A DNA stretch of 64,000 nt from the human T2T-CHM13v2.0 reference genome, Homo sapiens. The stretch lies in assembly GCF_009914755.1 (NCBI RefSeq), contig NC_060933.1; one strand, 5' to 3'. Shown here piece by piece: positions 25,170 to 41,210 of the stretch; positions within the stretch are counted from its first letter, which is position 1, and each line of letters opens with the position of its first letter. A model generated the notes under the pieces. The model searched no databases. It was not told where the DNA came from and saw only the letters and a program-made list of their open reading frames with translations. Both the position numbers and the translations under genes were made by a program.

Positions 25170-25338
25170 GAAGAGACGATTTTGAATGTTAATAACACAA
25201 AGGCATTATAAATCTTGGAGGTGATGCATAACTGCCCTTAATTGACCATTAAACATTTTATCATGGATCAAAATATCATTCTGTATCCCATAAATATATA
25301 CAGTTACTATGTGTCAAATAAAAATCAAAGAAAAAATA
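25170..25338 (+). mobile_element. L1MA-type 3' terminal fragment
   Basis: GAGGTGATGCATAACTGCCC..ATCAAAATATCATTCTGTATCCCATAAATATATACA followed by A-rich tail. Confidence 0.7.
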
Positions 25339-25479
25339 CAATGTAAGAATCAAGCATGCAAACTAGTATACATACAAATAACATCAATTGTTGTGGAATG
25401 GAGGGTGATGACGTAGAAAATCTAAGAGTAAGAATAAGAGATATCACTGAGATATATGAACCTAGAGACCTAGGCTTAC

Positions 25480-25557
25480 TCATCTTTACATCTCAATACC
25501 TAACATAATTCTAGACACATAGAAAGTGCTCAAAAAAGATCCACTGAATGAATGAAT
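25480..25557 (+). mobile_element. L2 3' terminus
   Basis: GACACATAGAAAGTGCTCAA..TGAATGAATGAAT. Confidence 0.6.
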
Positions 25558-25821
25558 CGGGAATGTTTTATAGCATACTGGATGCACTTCTAACATGTTA
25601 GTATAATGATGTTATTTTTATTTTTGGGTGGGAGATAGGGAGAGTAGGTGCTTCATGTTAAAAAAAAAAATCACATTTGTCCAGCCCTGAGTGATATAGT
25701 TTTAGTGTTTAGTTTTATTTTGTTTTGCCATATTTCACATAAGTTTAAAATGATAATTATCAAATGGCTTTAGATTCCTCAAGAGTAAGAATATTACTAT
25801 TTTCTTAAATAAAAACATGAT

Positions 25822-26263
25822 ATGCTGTCTGTATTTCATTTGCCCCTCAAGATTAAGTCTCTTTCTTTCCATCCAACTCTTCCCAGGAAACTGACCTATA
25901 GTGATTACATCAGCTTGTTCTCCTTCCCTGTGGCTTCCTATTGGATATAGCCAAAGGAGAACAGTGCTCAGAAATGCCAACAAGGGGGAGAAGGTTAAGG
26001 TACATATACCTCTGGCATCTTCCCTGCAGATTATTCAGGGCTGGCTGCATTCCTGTCGGGAAGCTACCTTCGCACCCCCCTCTGCTCCCTCCCTTGTCTT
26101 TTCAAGCCTAAGGTTAATAGCATAACCTCACTGCTACTAGTCCCAAATTGCTGCAATATCTTTGTGATTTTCCTATACCCTGCACAGATGCTTTATTATA
26201 CTCTCTTCAAATTATTCAATTGCATTTTGACATTCATTTCCCTTTAAGATCCTGACAGATGCA
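25822..26263 (+). mobile_element. LTR33-like ERVL solo LTR
   Basis: TTCATTTGCCCCTCAAGAT..CTGACCTATAG start; CTCTCTTCAAATTA..GATCCTGACAGATGCA end. Confidence 0.7.
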
Positions 26264-27231
26264 CATGATAATAAATATTAATAGAACACATCTAATTTGA
26301 CATGACTTTGATAAAATATTCAATGTTTATAATGGATATGCATATGACCACACACAAATAGAGCCATAAAGGTTATGTGTATATTTCAGTTTTAAGATTT
26401 TGTCTCATTTATATAAATTTTTCATTCAATTGCTGACAATCTCTCAAAAGACACAGATACATATAATCTTAGCATGGATTATGTAAAAAATCAATAATGG
26501 TTGCTGCTAAAAATAGAAAATGCACTTAGAAATATCTGTGAAATCAGTGCCACTCAATTTTATGAGTATATATTCATAAATGAGTTTAATGGAGGCAACA
26601 GGTTGTGTAAATTATACCACTTCTAATAAGGGTACGACTCACAAAACTGGAGCTCAGTATTGTCAGGTGATCTATGTGATATGGATTGGTTCTGTGTTTT
26701 CAACCAAATCTCATCTTGAATTGTAATTCCCACGTGTCAAGGAAAAGACCTAGTTGGAGGTGATTGGATCATGGGGGTGGTTTCCCTCATGCTGTTCTCA
26801 TGTTAGTGAGTTCTCACAAAATATGATGGTTTAAAAGTTACAGCACTTCCCCAACCTCTCTCTCTCTCTCCTGCCCCCTTGTGAAGAAGGTGCTTGCTTC
26901 TCCTTTGCCTTCTGTCATGATTGTAAGTTTCCTGAAGCCTCCCCAGCCATGCAGGACTGTGAATCAATTAAACCTCTCTTCTTTATAAATTACCCAGTCT
27001 CAGGTAGCTCTTTACGGTAGTATGAGAACAGACTAATACAGAAAATTAGTACCTGGAGCTTGGGGCAGTGCTATAAAGATACGTGAAAATGTGGAAGAGA
27101 CTTTGGAATTGGGTAACTAACAGAGATTGGAAACGTTTGGAGGGCTCAGAAGAAGACAGGAAGATGTGGGAAAGTTTGGAACTTCCTAGAGTTTTGTTGA
27201 ATGGTTTTGATCAAAATGCTGATAGTGATAT

Positions 27232-28514
27232 TGAGAGGTGACAGCATGCTGGCAGCCCTCGCTTGCTCTTGGCGCCCTCTCGGCCTCGGTGCCCACTCTG
27301 GCCGTAATTGAGGAGCCCTTCAGCCCGCCGCTGCACTATGGCAGCCCCTCTCTGGGCTGGCCACGGCTGGAGCCGCCTCTCTCTGCTTGCGGGGAGGTGT
27401 GGAGGGAGAGGCGCGGACAGGAACCGAGGCTGCGCGTGGCACACACAGGCCAACGCGAGTTCTGGGTGGGCACAGGCTCGTCGGCCCCACACTGGGAGCG
27501 GCTGGCCAGTGCCACCAGCCCCGGGAAGTGAGGGGCTTAGCACCCTGGCCAGCAGCTGCAGAGGGTGCGCCAGATCCCCCAGCACTGCTGGACCGCCTGT
27601 GTCACGCTTGAATTCTCACCAGGCCTCTGCCACCTCCCTGCCGGGCAGGGCTTGGGACATGCAGCCACCCGTGGGCTTCTGTGTGGCCTGAGCCTCCCTG
27701 ATAGGTGCCGCCCCCTGCTTCATGGTGCCCGGTCCCATCAACAGGAGTGCAGGCATGCAGTGTGGGACTGGCAGGCAGCTCCGCCCATGGCCCCTGCAGG
27801 GGATCCACTAGGTGAAGATAGCTGGGCTCCTGAGTCTGGTGAGGTCTTGGAGAACTTTTATGTCTAGCTGGAGGATTGTATATGCACCAATCAGCACTCT
27901 GTCTATCTCGGGGTTCGTGGATGCAGCAATCAGCACTCTGTATCTAGCTAATCTGGTAGGGACTTGGAGAACTTTCATGTCTAGCTAAAGGATTGTAAAA
28001 TACACCAATCAGCATTCTATGTCTAGCTCAAGGTTTGTAAAGGCACCAATCAGCACCCTCTGTCTAGCTCAAGGTTTGTAAACGCACCAATCAGCACCCT
28101 GTCAAAACAGACCAATCAGTTCTCTGTAAAATGGACCAATCAGCAGGATATGGGTGGGGCCAAATAAGGGAATAAAAGCAGGCTGCTGGAGCCAGCAGCG
28201 GGAACCCACTCTGGTCCCCTTCCACCCTGTGGTAGTTTGTTCTTTCGCTCTTTGCAATAAATCTTGCTGCTGCTCACTCTTTGGGTCTGCACTACCTTTA
28301 TGAGCTGTAACACTCACCGTGAAGGTCTGCAGCTTCACTCCTGAAGCCAGCGAGACCATGAACCCACCAGAAGGAAGAAACTCCGAACAGGTCTGAACAT
28401 CAGAAGGAAAAAACTCTGGACACACTATCTTCAAGAAGTGTAATACTCACCGTGAGGGTCTGCAGCTTCATTCTTGAAGTCAGTGAGACCAAGAACCCAC
28501 CAATTTCAGACACA
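27232..28514 (+). mobile_element. LTR12 (LTR12D/E-like, ERV9) solo LTR
   Basis: TGAGAGGTGACAGCATGCTGGCAGCCCTCG start, CAATTTCAGACACA end; 4-bp TSD ATAT (27228-27231/28515-28518). Confidence 0.95.
27885..28180 (+). promoter_or_regulatory. LTR12 U3 enhancer/promoter: tandem CCAAT boxes, GC box and TATA-like element
   Basis: Six intact CCAATCAG (27887, 28005, 28046, 28087, 28112, 28136), GGGTGGGG at 28152, AATAAAAG at 28171; the family is known to be NF-Y driven; activity of this copy unknown. Confidence 0.6.
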
Positions 28515-31500
28515 ATATGGACAATGAAGTCCAGGCTGAGGTCGTCTCAGATAAAGATGAGAAACTTAATGGAAACTGGAGTAAAGGTCACTCTTTTATG
28601 CTTTTGCAAAGAGACTGGTAACATTTTCCCATGCCCTAGTGGTCTGAGGAACTCTGAACTTGAGAGAGATGATTTAGGGTATGTGGTAGAAGAAATTTCT
28701 AAGCAGTAAAGCATTGAAGATGTGCCCTGACTGTTTCTAAAATATATAGTAATATGCATTCACAGAAAGATATCTGATATTGGAGTTTATGTTTAAAATG
28801 GAAGCAGAGCATAAAAGTTTGGAAAGTTTGCAGCCTGACCACGTATAGATAAGAAAAACCCATTTTCTCAGAAGAAATTCAATCCAGTTGGAGAAATGTG
28901 AATAAGTAACAAAGAGCCAAATGTTAATAGCCAAGACAATGTGGGAAATGTCTCCAGGGCATTTCAGAGATCTTGACTGCAGTCCCTCCCATCACAGGCC
29001 TGGAGCCCAGGACGGGAAAATGGTTTCATGGGCCAGGCCCAGGGACCTGCTACTCTGTGGAGCCTTGGAACATGGTGTCCTGCATCCCAGTCACTCCAGC
29101 TCCAGCTATGACTAAAAGGGGCCAAGGTACAGCTAGGGCTGTGGCTTCAGAGGGTGCAAGCCCCAAGCACTGGCAGCTTCCACGTGGTGTTGAGCCTGTG
29201 GGTGCAGAGAAGACAAAAGTTAGGGTTTGGGAACCTCCAGATAGATGTCAGAGGATGCGTGAAAATGCCTGAATATCCAAGCAGAAGTCTGCTGCAAGGA
29301 CAGAGCCCTCATGGAGAACCTCTACTAGGGCAGTGCAGTGGGGAAATGTAGGGTGGGACCCCCATCTGGAGCACTGCCTAGTGGAGCTATAGAGGAATAC
29401 CATCCTCTAGACTGCAGTATGGTAGATCCACTAACAGCTTCCACCATGAACCTGGAAAAGCTGCAGGCACTCAACACCAGCCTATGAAAGCAGGCGCAGG
29501 GGCTGTACCCTGCAGAGCCACAGGTGTAGAGCTGCCCAAGCCCTTGAGAGCCCACCTCTTAGATCAGCATGCCCTGGATTTAAGACATGGTGTCAAAGGA
29601 CATTATTTTGGAGTTTTAAGATATAGTGACTGCCCTGTTGGGTTTTGGAATTGCATGGGGCCTTGTAGCCCCTTTGTTTTGGCCAAGTTCTCCCATTTGG
29701 AATGGAAGCATTTACCCAATGCCTGTACCTTCATTGTATCTTGGTAATAACTTGCTTTTTATTTTACAGGCTCATAGGTAGAAGGGACTTCCCTTGTCTC
29801 AGATGAGACTTTGCGCTTTTACTTTTGAGTTAATGCTGGAATGAGTTAAGATTTTGGGGGACTGTTGGGAAGGCGTGATTGGTTTTCAAATTTGAAAAGG
29901 GCAACTTGAAGGAAACTCTTTTTTGTGAGGGGCCAGAGGCAGAATGACATGGTTTGGCTCTGTGTCCCCACCCATCACATCTCAAATTGTAATCCCTACA
30001 TGTCAAAGGAGGGACCTTGTGGGACGTGACTGGATCATGGGGGAGGTTTACTCCTTCCTGTTCTCGTGATAGTGAGTGGATTGTCATAAGTCCTGATGGT
30101 TCAAAAGTGTGGCACTTTCCCCACCCCCCACCCCTGCCACCTTGTGAAGAAGGCGCTTGTTTCTCTTTTGCCTTCTTCTATGATTGTAATCTTCCTGAGG
30201 TCTCCCCAGCCATGCAGAACTATGAGTGAGTCAAGTAAACCTCCTTTCTTTATAAATTGCCCAGTCTCAGGTAGTTCTTTATAGCAGTGTGAAAATGGAC
30301 TAATATACTGTGTCTTCATATACATAAAAATAGACCTCTGTTTATGAATGTATTGGACAACCGAAAGTAAAGACAATTATGAAGATTGGAGATAAGTATA
30401 AAGTTATCTTTGGAGATAATTTTGAGGAACCTTAAAAATACTTGAGACTTCTATATATAATATTAATGGGGAAGTAATCCATTCCTCCTGCCCCACTATC
30501 ACTACTGAAGTGAGTAACTGAAATTTAAGAATTAAAGGGGACCCCCCAGGGACCCTGAAACTTGAAAAGCTGTTGATCTGTGTGGCAGAATCTTCTACTT
30601 GAAGGAAGCAATAAAGTAGGGAATCTGCTGATTTGTAGCAATTTCTCCTAAAAACGATAGAGAGAAAATGTGGATACACAAAACCTCACTAATAGCCCCC
30701 AAATTGTAAGGAGTAAGGACTGGAGGAGGTGGCAAGCACAGTCCATATAAGGAACACTCTATTTTTCCTAGAAGGCTAAATGTAATGCAGCAGCAGGTAA
30801 CCTAAAGCAGCAGCAGCAACTACTTTGTCCTTGATGTGGCAGTACCACCATCCTATTACAGTGGATAGGAAGCCGGGTACAGACACAACTTGCAACTGTT
30901 GTGGTACCTGGGATATGCAAAAAACCCAGGATATGCAAAATGAGCTCTCATACAGTGCACACAACAAAAGATTCATCAAAGAACTCTTGTCAAACATCTT
31001 CTGATAAGACAACCTATAGCTCCAACTCTCTTCCAACTCTTTTTATTTTAGCACAACACTGAGAGAGTAATGCAAATTTATATTAACAATTTAATTCAAC
31101 CTACATTGAGTAGAGTCTAATGGTAATGAGGTGCACTGTGATGTTGGCAAAGAATCTCATTTCTCTTGCTTTTGGGCAGCTGTGACTCATAACATCTTTG
31201 TTTATTTAATGAGGAGTGAATTTTAAAACAAAAACCAACAAACAGCCTGGATCACCTAGAAAATTGTCCATCATAAAATCCAGAAAATATTTCATCGAAG
31301 ATGCAGTATATAGAAATTTTTAAAAAAGATTACAAAACTGTTTTTGTTTGTGTGATTTTGCAAACAAAAGAGTTCTTCAATAGACTTAAAGAATATGTAG
31401 AGACAATAACAGAAAGTTGAAAGATTAGGATGTGAGATAGTAGGATATAGGAATTTGGAATTAAAGAGTTCATAGGTGAAAATCTTCAATGTAATGATAG

Positions 31501-33664
31501 TTTACTAAGTAATCTGTAGAAGTAGGTGGTTTAAGTAGATTAGAAGTGAAGCTCATTAGAGTTGAAAGAAAGCCAGAGACTCAGGTATGAATATTCTAGG
31601 TTCTTGAGGTCATTGAAAATGCTGTAATAAGAATCAATGACAAAGGTAAATTGGAAGCCAGAAACTAGAGAGAGAAAACTGTAGGGCAGCAGAGAGTAGC
31701 AACAGAAATGAGGAGGCGAGTAGGGCTAGAGATCAAGAGCCCTAAAAGGGTTTATATTTAGGAACAAAGGGGAAGGCATAAATTAAATAATCTATCATGT
31801 ACACTGTAATATGACTGACATATCATGAGGGCTGTATATATAACAATATTCTTATATATCGTAATGCAGAATATCAGGTGTTTTATTTTACAGTGTTGGA
31901 TGGATGTAACCATTTCTTAAGGACATTAGAGTGATATATAGGAAAGAATCACTTTTCCTCTGTGTTTGCTGTATACTGCCAATCATATAAGTAATATGTA
32001 GTAATAGTAGTATAAGATGTATAGTAGCACAGTATATGTTAAGATGCATTATTAGTAGTAGTAGTATTTAAAGGAAAACTGGAATATGAAGAAGTTTGAG
32101 AGATAATATATCTCATGTGCTGAATATTAGATTCCAGAGACCTAAAATATTACCCAATTTAATCTTTATAATAGCCACATTAGTTAGATATTATTATATC
32201 ATTTTAAGGATAAAAAATTAAAGTTTACTTAATCCAGATCAAACTGATTCTAGATGTTGTGCTTTTACTTTTGTATCATTTCATCTTATTTCTTTCATTG
32301 TTACTTTTACCATGACTGATTTATTTCATAGAGCAAATTGTATTTTATTTGTTCTCCTCAAAAATAATTCTTACAGTTTAGTAGCTTATTTTACTGTTAT
32401 GTCATACTGTTTGACTTAAAAGAGGGAATATAATATAGCGACGTTAAATTGAACTTTTAGTTAACCCAGACTGTAGGCCAAGTAAGCATACAATTTAAAA
32501 TACTACTTTACAGAGTCTCTGGTGATTGAAACTTCATCAATTTTTAGTGTTATTTTTTGTGTATGGAAGCAATTGGTATTTGATTTAATATAAATATTAC
32601 CTTGCAATACATTTGATTTTCACTTGTTAAATTTTCAATTATATTAAAATTGTTTATATGAACCAACTATAAATTTTAAATCTATTGCAATTTAGAGATT
32701 TAAAAATTGTGAAAACTTCTGTAAGAAAGATCTACCTTCTTCAATTCATGGTATAACTTCCCAAACTCTTATTAATAATAAGATTTTTCATAAGGTTATA
32801 TCATGCTGCTAAAGCTAATATACCACATACTGATATGATGAAAAATAAATTCATAAGTTAAATTTTGTTTTAAGCTTAATGTTTCCAACTGTTTCTTATT
32901 GCAGTTCAGGAACAGGTTAAAAGTCCATACTGTTTTTTGCAACCTTTAACTTACAAAAATAACTTTCATATTTCAAATAAAATTGGAAAGTTTTGCTGAA
33001 ATGAATCCCGATAATTCAATGTAATCTTGATTTAAATAATTAAAACAGTGTATTTCCTCTATCTGTCCCACCATTTTTAAGTACTTTGTGCATTTTGACG
33101 TATTTGTATAATATTCCAACTATAGGCCTTGTACGCAACAATAAAATAAGCACATCAGAGTTATACACAAATGCATACAACACATCACAAACACTTCCAT
33201 CAACTGCTTTATGAAGCAATTATTCATGGTAGTGTGTATACATATATAGTAATTTTAAGGAGGGTCTCTATAGATCCTCCAAAAGCTTTACATTTTTTCC
33301 ATCAGGTTTAAAGAGGCTAGCATTTTTAGATACAAATTTTTCTAACAGACATTTTTAATGCAATTCATAATAATCCTAGCAGTAGAGCAGAAGTCATAAA
33401 TACAATCATTTTAAATGTTTCTAATTCATTAGAAAGTGTTGTCACTTTATTAAAATGTATTACCTAGGTATCAACAATCTCTCTCAATATTTGCATTAGA
33501 GATATAACAATTTTTCTTTACCTGCCTCCAGTTCTATAGTGAATTATAGTTATTCAGGAGCAATTCATTAAAAATAGCCTTCCTTCTGCTTGGTACAACC
33601 AACTAATGCTTGACCCTCAATCTTTTGTTTTGTTTTGTTTTGTTGTTTTACAAAAAAAAAAAAA

Positions 33665-35596
<1,932 letters not shown>

Positions 35597-35766
35597 TAAA
35601 TTTTCTTTGTTAAAACTGTAGCTCAAACTGTGGGCCACAAGAATCAACAATATTTATTGAGAATAATTTGAGAGATTTTTGTCACAAATGTCTTTTAGGA
35701 AAAAATAGCAATAACAACAATGAACAGAAATATTGAGCCAAATATGGAAGATAAATAACAAACTTA

Positions 35767-36117
<351 letters not shown>

Positions 36118-39100
36118 TTAGGGCAATGTATGATTTACCACTCTAGACTATAAAATGGAATTTTCTGTCTGTCTGCCAGAAGCTTTCTTCTTGAATTTTA
36201 TTTAGGCTTTTTATTATTTATCCTTTATAAAATATAACTCCTTACTTCAAGGCTGTATTTGATACAATGGCTTGTTTTACACGTTTACTGTCAGAATATA
36301 TGTTCACTTGTACATTAACCATAGATATTTGCACGTTTATCATACTGATAATTTTGACCTCATAAGTATGGGGTTTCTGATTTTGTTTTATTAACTCAAC
36401 CAATTTAAAAATGTATAGACTCTCAGAGTTAGCAACATCAACTCTAAGCTTTTCCCATAGAATCGATTTATGCTAGAAAAAAATGGGAGACTATAGGAAA
36501 ATTATTTACAAATTAAATACAGGAAATTTATTTTTTTCTCATGAGAGTAGAAGTCATAGAATAACAAAAATGAATGAGTTTTGTGGAGGGAAAGATAAAA
36601 ATAATTCAAAATAAGTGGGTAAATAAATTAAAATTAAGAAAGAAAAAATTCATGTACCATATTGAAAATGCAGATTCAAAAATTTTTAAATGCTCCTTAA
36701 TAAAATCTGAAAGCTAGTGGAATTGAAGCCGTATATTAGACATTACTTTTATTTATATAAAGAACATTTATGTGCATGTGTGACAGAGCTTAAAATGTTC
36801 GAATCAACATACCAGAAATTATAATAAAAAACTCCAGAAATTTTTAAAAATGAAGATACCTTTATGTTTTTATTCTAAAATTAATACATATTAGTGACAA
36901 ATCAACAATAGGGAAACTTATCAAGAGTAAAATAAAATTTTATCACAAAAATATCCATTGTTAACCCTGTAATGTTTGTATACTCATATCTTTTACTATG
37001 TACATCCTAACACATAGTAACATATTCCCAAATTAGAATAATAGTTAACATACTCCTCTGATTATGTAAACCTAAATTTTTAAATTGGCAATGCATCATG
37101 AACATGTTTCTAATTTAATAATTAGTAGAATTAGTATCATAGCGTTTCATGGTCCCATACTGTCAGATTATAGGGTTTTCTGAATTTTTGACATTTTAAA
37201 CAATATTCTTCTTTGGAGAATATGTTAAAATGTACAGAATGATGAACTAACTGGTGTTGAAGAAGAGTGGGTAAGGTATGTGTACCTTTAGTATAAGTTT
37301 TATGGAATGTAGAATTAAGATACTGAAAAATTTGAAAAAAAATAGGTTTCAGTTGAATAGTGAGGCATCTCTCTACTGTAAAACTCAACAATGCCAAAAG
37401 GTTAAAACTCTCATTTATTTTAATCCTGGGTGTAATTTTCCTATAATTTATTTATATGTAGGTGCGCCATTTTTTCATGAATTTTCTTATCACTTTGAGA
37501 TGAATTTTGATATAATTTTACTAATGTGAATTTAGTACTTCATTTTGGCTGGCTATGTATTTGTGCAGTGTGGCAATAACTAGCCACAATCTCCCTACTA
37601 TAATTTCTCAAAATGATCAATTAGACTTTAATAAGAAAATATTCTTAACAGATATAATAGTTCCATGTGACTTAACCACGCAAAATTATTTATATTTCTC
37701 AGATTTAGTAAAAATAATAACTTAAGATGTGTTAGGTTACAATTACTTTAAAATTTACTTCCTAAGGAGGCATTATATTTTGAAGTAATTATAATCATTT
37801 TTACAAAATAACTGACAAGGCACTCTTTTATCTTGCTTCATGAGAAACGCAGGGGTTGGTCTGTAATGTACATTTGAGAATTAAAGCCATGAGTGCGGTG
37901 AAACTCAAGTGACTTTAACGTTCTTCAGGACTTCAGTTTTGAAATTAAAGATGCTAAACCTGCCACTTTTGTACTGCATTAAGCTGTTTCATAAGTCATC
38001 ATAATGCATTTTTAACTTAACTTTTTAGGTTAATATCAGTTTTTAATTATGGAATTCAGAATTAATGCTAAATTGCTCCAGCTCCAATCCCAAATTTCCA
38101 ATTTCACCTATACAAACCTATAACAAGTTATCAAGAAATAAAGAATGTGGCTAAATAGTTCACAGACAAACTTTAAGATACATGTTTTGATTCCATTTGC
38201 ATAACTTGACTCAATATATGAGTCTGGTTTCTATTGCTACAGAGGTAGTCTATTAATAGAGAAACCCTTCTGTTTCAAAAAAACTAATAAATATTGATAG
38301 GCATACACTTGCACAAACATTTTCAGTAGTTTGTATTTAGTTAAAAATTTCATCTCTGCAATAAAGTTCAGCAATCTATGTGGAAGCTTGGTGTGTCTTA
38401 AACTCAGATTTATAAATGCTTGTCACACCAATAAAGTTCGATCATTTAAGTATTTTCTAATTAGGTAAAGGTTAAAGTCAAGCTTGGTTAATAAAATCCT
38501 TAGGCAAATAAATCATGTTAAATAGTTCACATTAATGTTGCATAGTTTTAAAAAGTCTCTAATATGTAAAACAAATAAGAATTGTAAACATCTATACATA
38601 TTGTAGAAATTACCAATATTGAGGGTTATGATTTTATCTATATTTTGACATTTGTAAAATTTTAATCTTGTAGTTGAAATACATTTATGTTTACTAAGAG
38701 TAATCATGTTTTTAGTGTGTAGATATGTAAACTGTTAGTTATAAAGTAAAACCTTGAAAATAGTTTGAGATATGAATACTCCTGAGCATACAAATTCAGA
38801 GAGTTACATTAATACTGGTAATATCAATGAGTTTTTAAAAAATTTCTAGACCTTACATTGATTATTTAAATAATTAGTTATTTATTAGCCACATGATATT
38901 CTTCTTTTCTATTATTGAAGTAATGTGTTGCTGTGCATAAGAAATATTAGTTAAATTTCATAAGTTTAATGAACAAATAGTTGAAATGGGAAGATGAGGA
39001 CACTCACAGAATCATCTTAAAATTTGTTTTATTTAGCTAATATGTCTCTTTATATGTATTTGAACATGTCTCAAAATGTAAATAAAACCAACAATTTGAA

Positions 39101-39186
39101 GGAGACTTCTCGTTTCATGTTTATACCATAGCTCTATATCTGAAAATAATAGTCCATAAGTATATGCATATTCTAAAGAGAATGCC

Positions 39187-39499
<313 letters not shown>

Positions 39500-39599
39500 A
39501 GCCAAGATGTTATAGTACTACTACACTGCATATAGCCATTCGGGTCTAACATATGTAATGATTAAAGGAAGATACACTAATTCCATGTTTATGTTAAAA

Positions 39600-39870
39600 A
39601 CAGGAAAAAGTACATTATGTTATTCAAAATTAAAAACTTATAATAAAAAGTTGTGAAAAGTAGTTAAAAAAAGAAAGCCCAAATGATCATGAAGATCAGG
39701 ACAGTGGTAAACTTTGTGGGGAGGGAGGCATTGCATTGGTAAGGTTGTGAAAGTAATTTCTTGAGCCAGGGGATCATTACATAGCTTTCATTTTATAATA
39801 TTAGTGAAATGTGCAATTAGGTTCTACACATTTTCCATATGTACAGTATTTATACGATATAAAATTTTAA
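39600..39870 (+). mobile_element. Degraded L1ME 3' end
   Basis: GATCAGGACAGTGGTAAACTTTGTGGG..TTCTTGAGCCAGGGG..TTTTCCATATGTACAGTA. Confidence 0.45.
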
Positions 39871-39875
39871 GAAAC

Positions 39876-40310
39876 TGTTACTGGTTGAGGGTAGTTGTCC
39901 AGGTTCTTGTTGTTTAGAACGAAGAATTGGACGATATGCAGAAGCAAGGCACTCAAAGCAGAGATTTATTTTAAATGAGAGTACACACCACATGGTGCGT
40001 GTGGCCTCCAGCAAGGGGCTCAAGAGCATGAGTTACAGACTTTCTGGTGCTTAAATAACCCCTAGAGGTTTTCCATTGGTTCACTCTAGTGGCCTGCGAC
40101 CAGTCTGATTGGTTGCCAGAGGGGAGAGGAGGCCCACAACCAGTCTGATTGGTTGCAGGAGGGAAGCAATCAGAGTTACTGTGATTTTTCAATTGCCTGG
40201 CAGCAACTGACCCAGCTAAAGGAGAATTTGAAAAGGGAGCAGCCTCTGATATCCAGTCAGCATGAGCCGGCCTTAGGTTCCCTGCCTGTAGACCCTATTC
40301 TCCTACCTTA
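39876..40310 (-). mobile_element. MER51-family ERV1 solo LTR
   Basis: GGCCTTAGGTTCCCTGCCTGTAGACCCTATTCTCCTACCTTA terminus; repeated CCAGTCTGATTGGTTGC; TSD AAAC/TAAC. Confidence 0.8.
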
Positions 40311-40505
40311 TAACTATTCGTGAGGGAATTTCTTGCTTATACTCTACCGAGTTTATAGTTTATTCAGAAACCTATTGTTACATACATTTAAGTCTGCATT
40401 CCTGAACAGTGTGCATTTGGAGGGCAAGAAACAGACAAATGGCTTTGGCTTTATAGCGTTATATTTCTCCTGATAGATCCGTACCTAACTAGTAGAGAAG
40501 TTACC

Positions 40506-41210
40506 TGATATTGACGCAGGGCAGGCAAGCCTCAAAATTGGAGTTTAGCCAGGGAGTGTTCTCTGCTTCACCCAGAAAAGAATTCGAGCATGAGCCCATG
40601 GTGATAGCAATATTTCATTGAATGGTACCGCTCCTTGAAGAACAGAGCTAACGCATAGGCAGTGTGCCGAATATCTGCAAAGTATGGGCTCTTAGCAACT
40701 GTATTTATATTCACATAAACTCACTTTCAACTGCATGCAAATTAAGGGTCAGGCCAATGCAAATCAAGGGGTAGTTTGTTTAGAACTTTCCAGGAAAGTT
40801 ACCCTCATAGGGTCCGACTAGCAGTTAGCTATGAGGAATAAGAAGAAACTTCCTTGCTGAATAGTTCATCATAATCTGTGTTCTCTAACAGAATAGAAAA
40901 TTTTAGCAGAAAAAGGAGTTGGTAGGCAGATATTTAGAAGGTTAGTGGTGACTTCCTGGTTATTGCCGTGGAAGGAGGTGGTAACTTCTGGGTCACTGCT
41001 ATAGAATTTGTAAACTGTCATGGAGCTGGTGGGGGTGTCTTATGCTAATGAGTAATGAGGACAGCTAGGGATGGCTTTTTTTCTTCTTTTTTTTTTTTAA
41101 CCATCTGCTGGTTCCTGTGGGTCTCTTCACTCTATCCTTCCTAAAACCAGATCCCATTTTGGTCAGCAGGGTTGTGACCAGAAAACAAATCCTGTGAGTT
41201 TCCTGCCTCA
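40506..41210 (-). mobile_element. MER66-like (MER4 group) ERV1 solo LTR
   Basis: GGTCAGCAGGGTTGTGACCAGAAAACAAATCCTG..CCTGCCTCA terminus; TTTGTAAACTGTCATGG..GTGTCTTATGCTAATG. Confidence 0.75.

Larger units (their letters stand above)
26677..30307 (+). mobile_element. Complete THE1D/MSTA MaLR element: LTR 26677-27040, internal 27041-29944 (split by LTR12), LTR 29945-30307
   Basis: Two direct LTRs; TSD CTATG/CTGTG; internal sequence GATAGTGATAT|GGACAATGAAGTCCAGG is contiguous across the LTR12. Confidence 0.92.

Noticed and set aside
27860-28145. Regularly spaced repeats resembling a CRISPR array
   Set aside because: Known LTR12 U3 CCAAT tandem repeats; the spacers are homologous to each other and the context is eukaryotic
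27211-28434. Multiple 100-127-aa ORFs in LTR12
   Set aside because: Typical of GC-rich LTR12 sequence; present on both strands
32885-32925. Plus-strand micro-exon-like signal TTTCTTATTGCAG|TTCAGGAACAG|GTTAAA
   Set aside because: Weak donor and no supporting neighbouring exons
36200-39150. Long AT-rich stretch with no recognisable repeats (possible conserved non-coding element)
   Set aside because: No motif or structure supportable from sequence alone; needs conservation data
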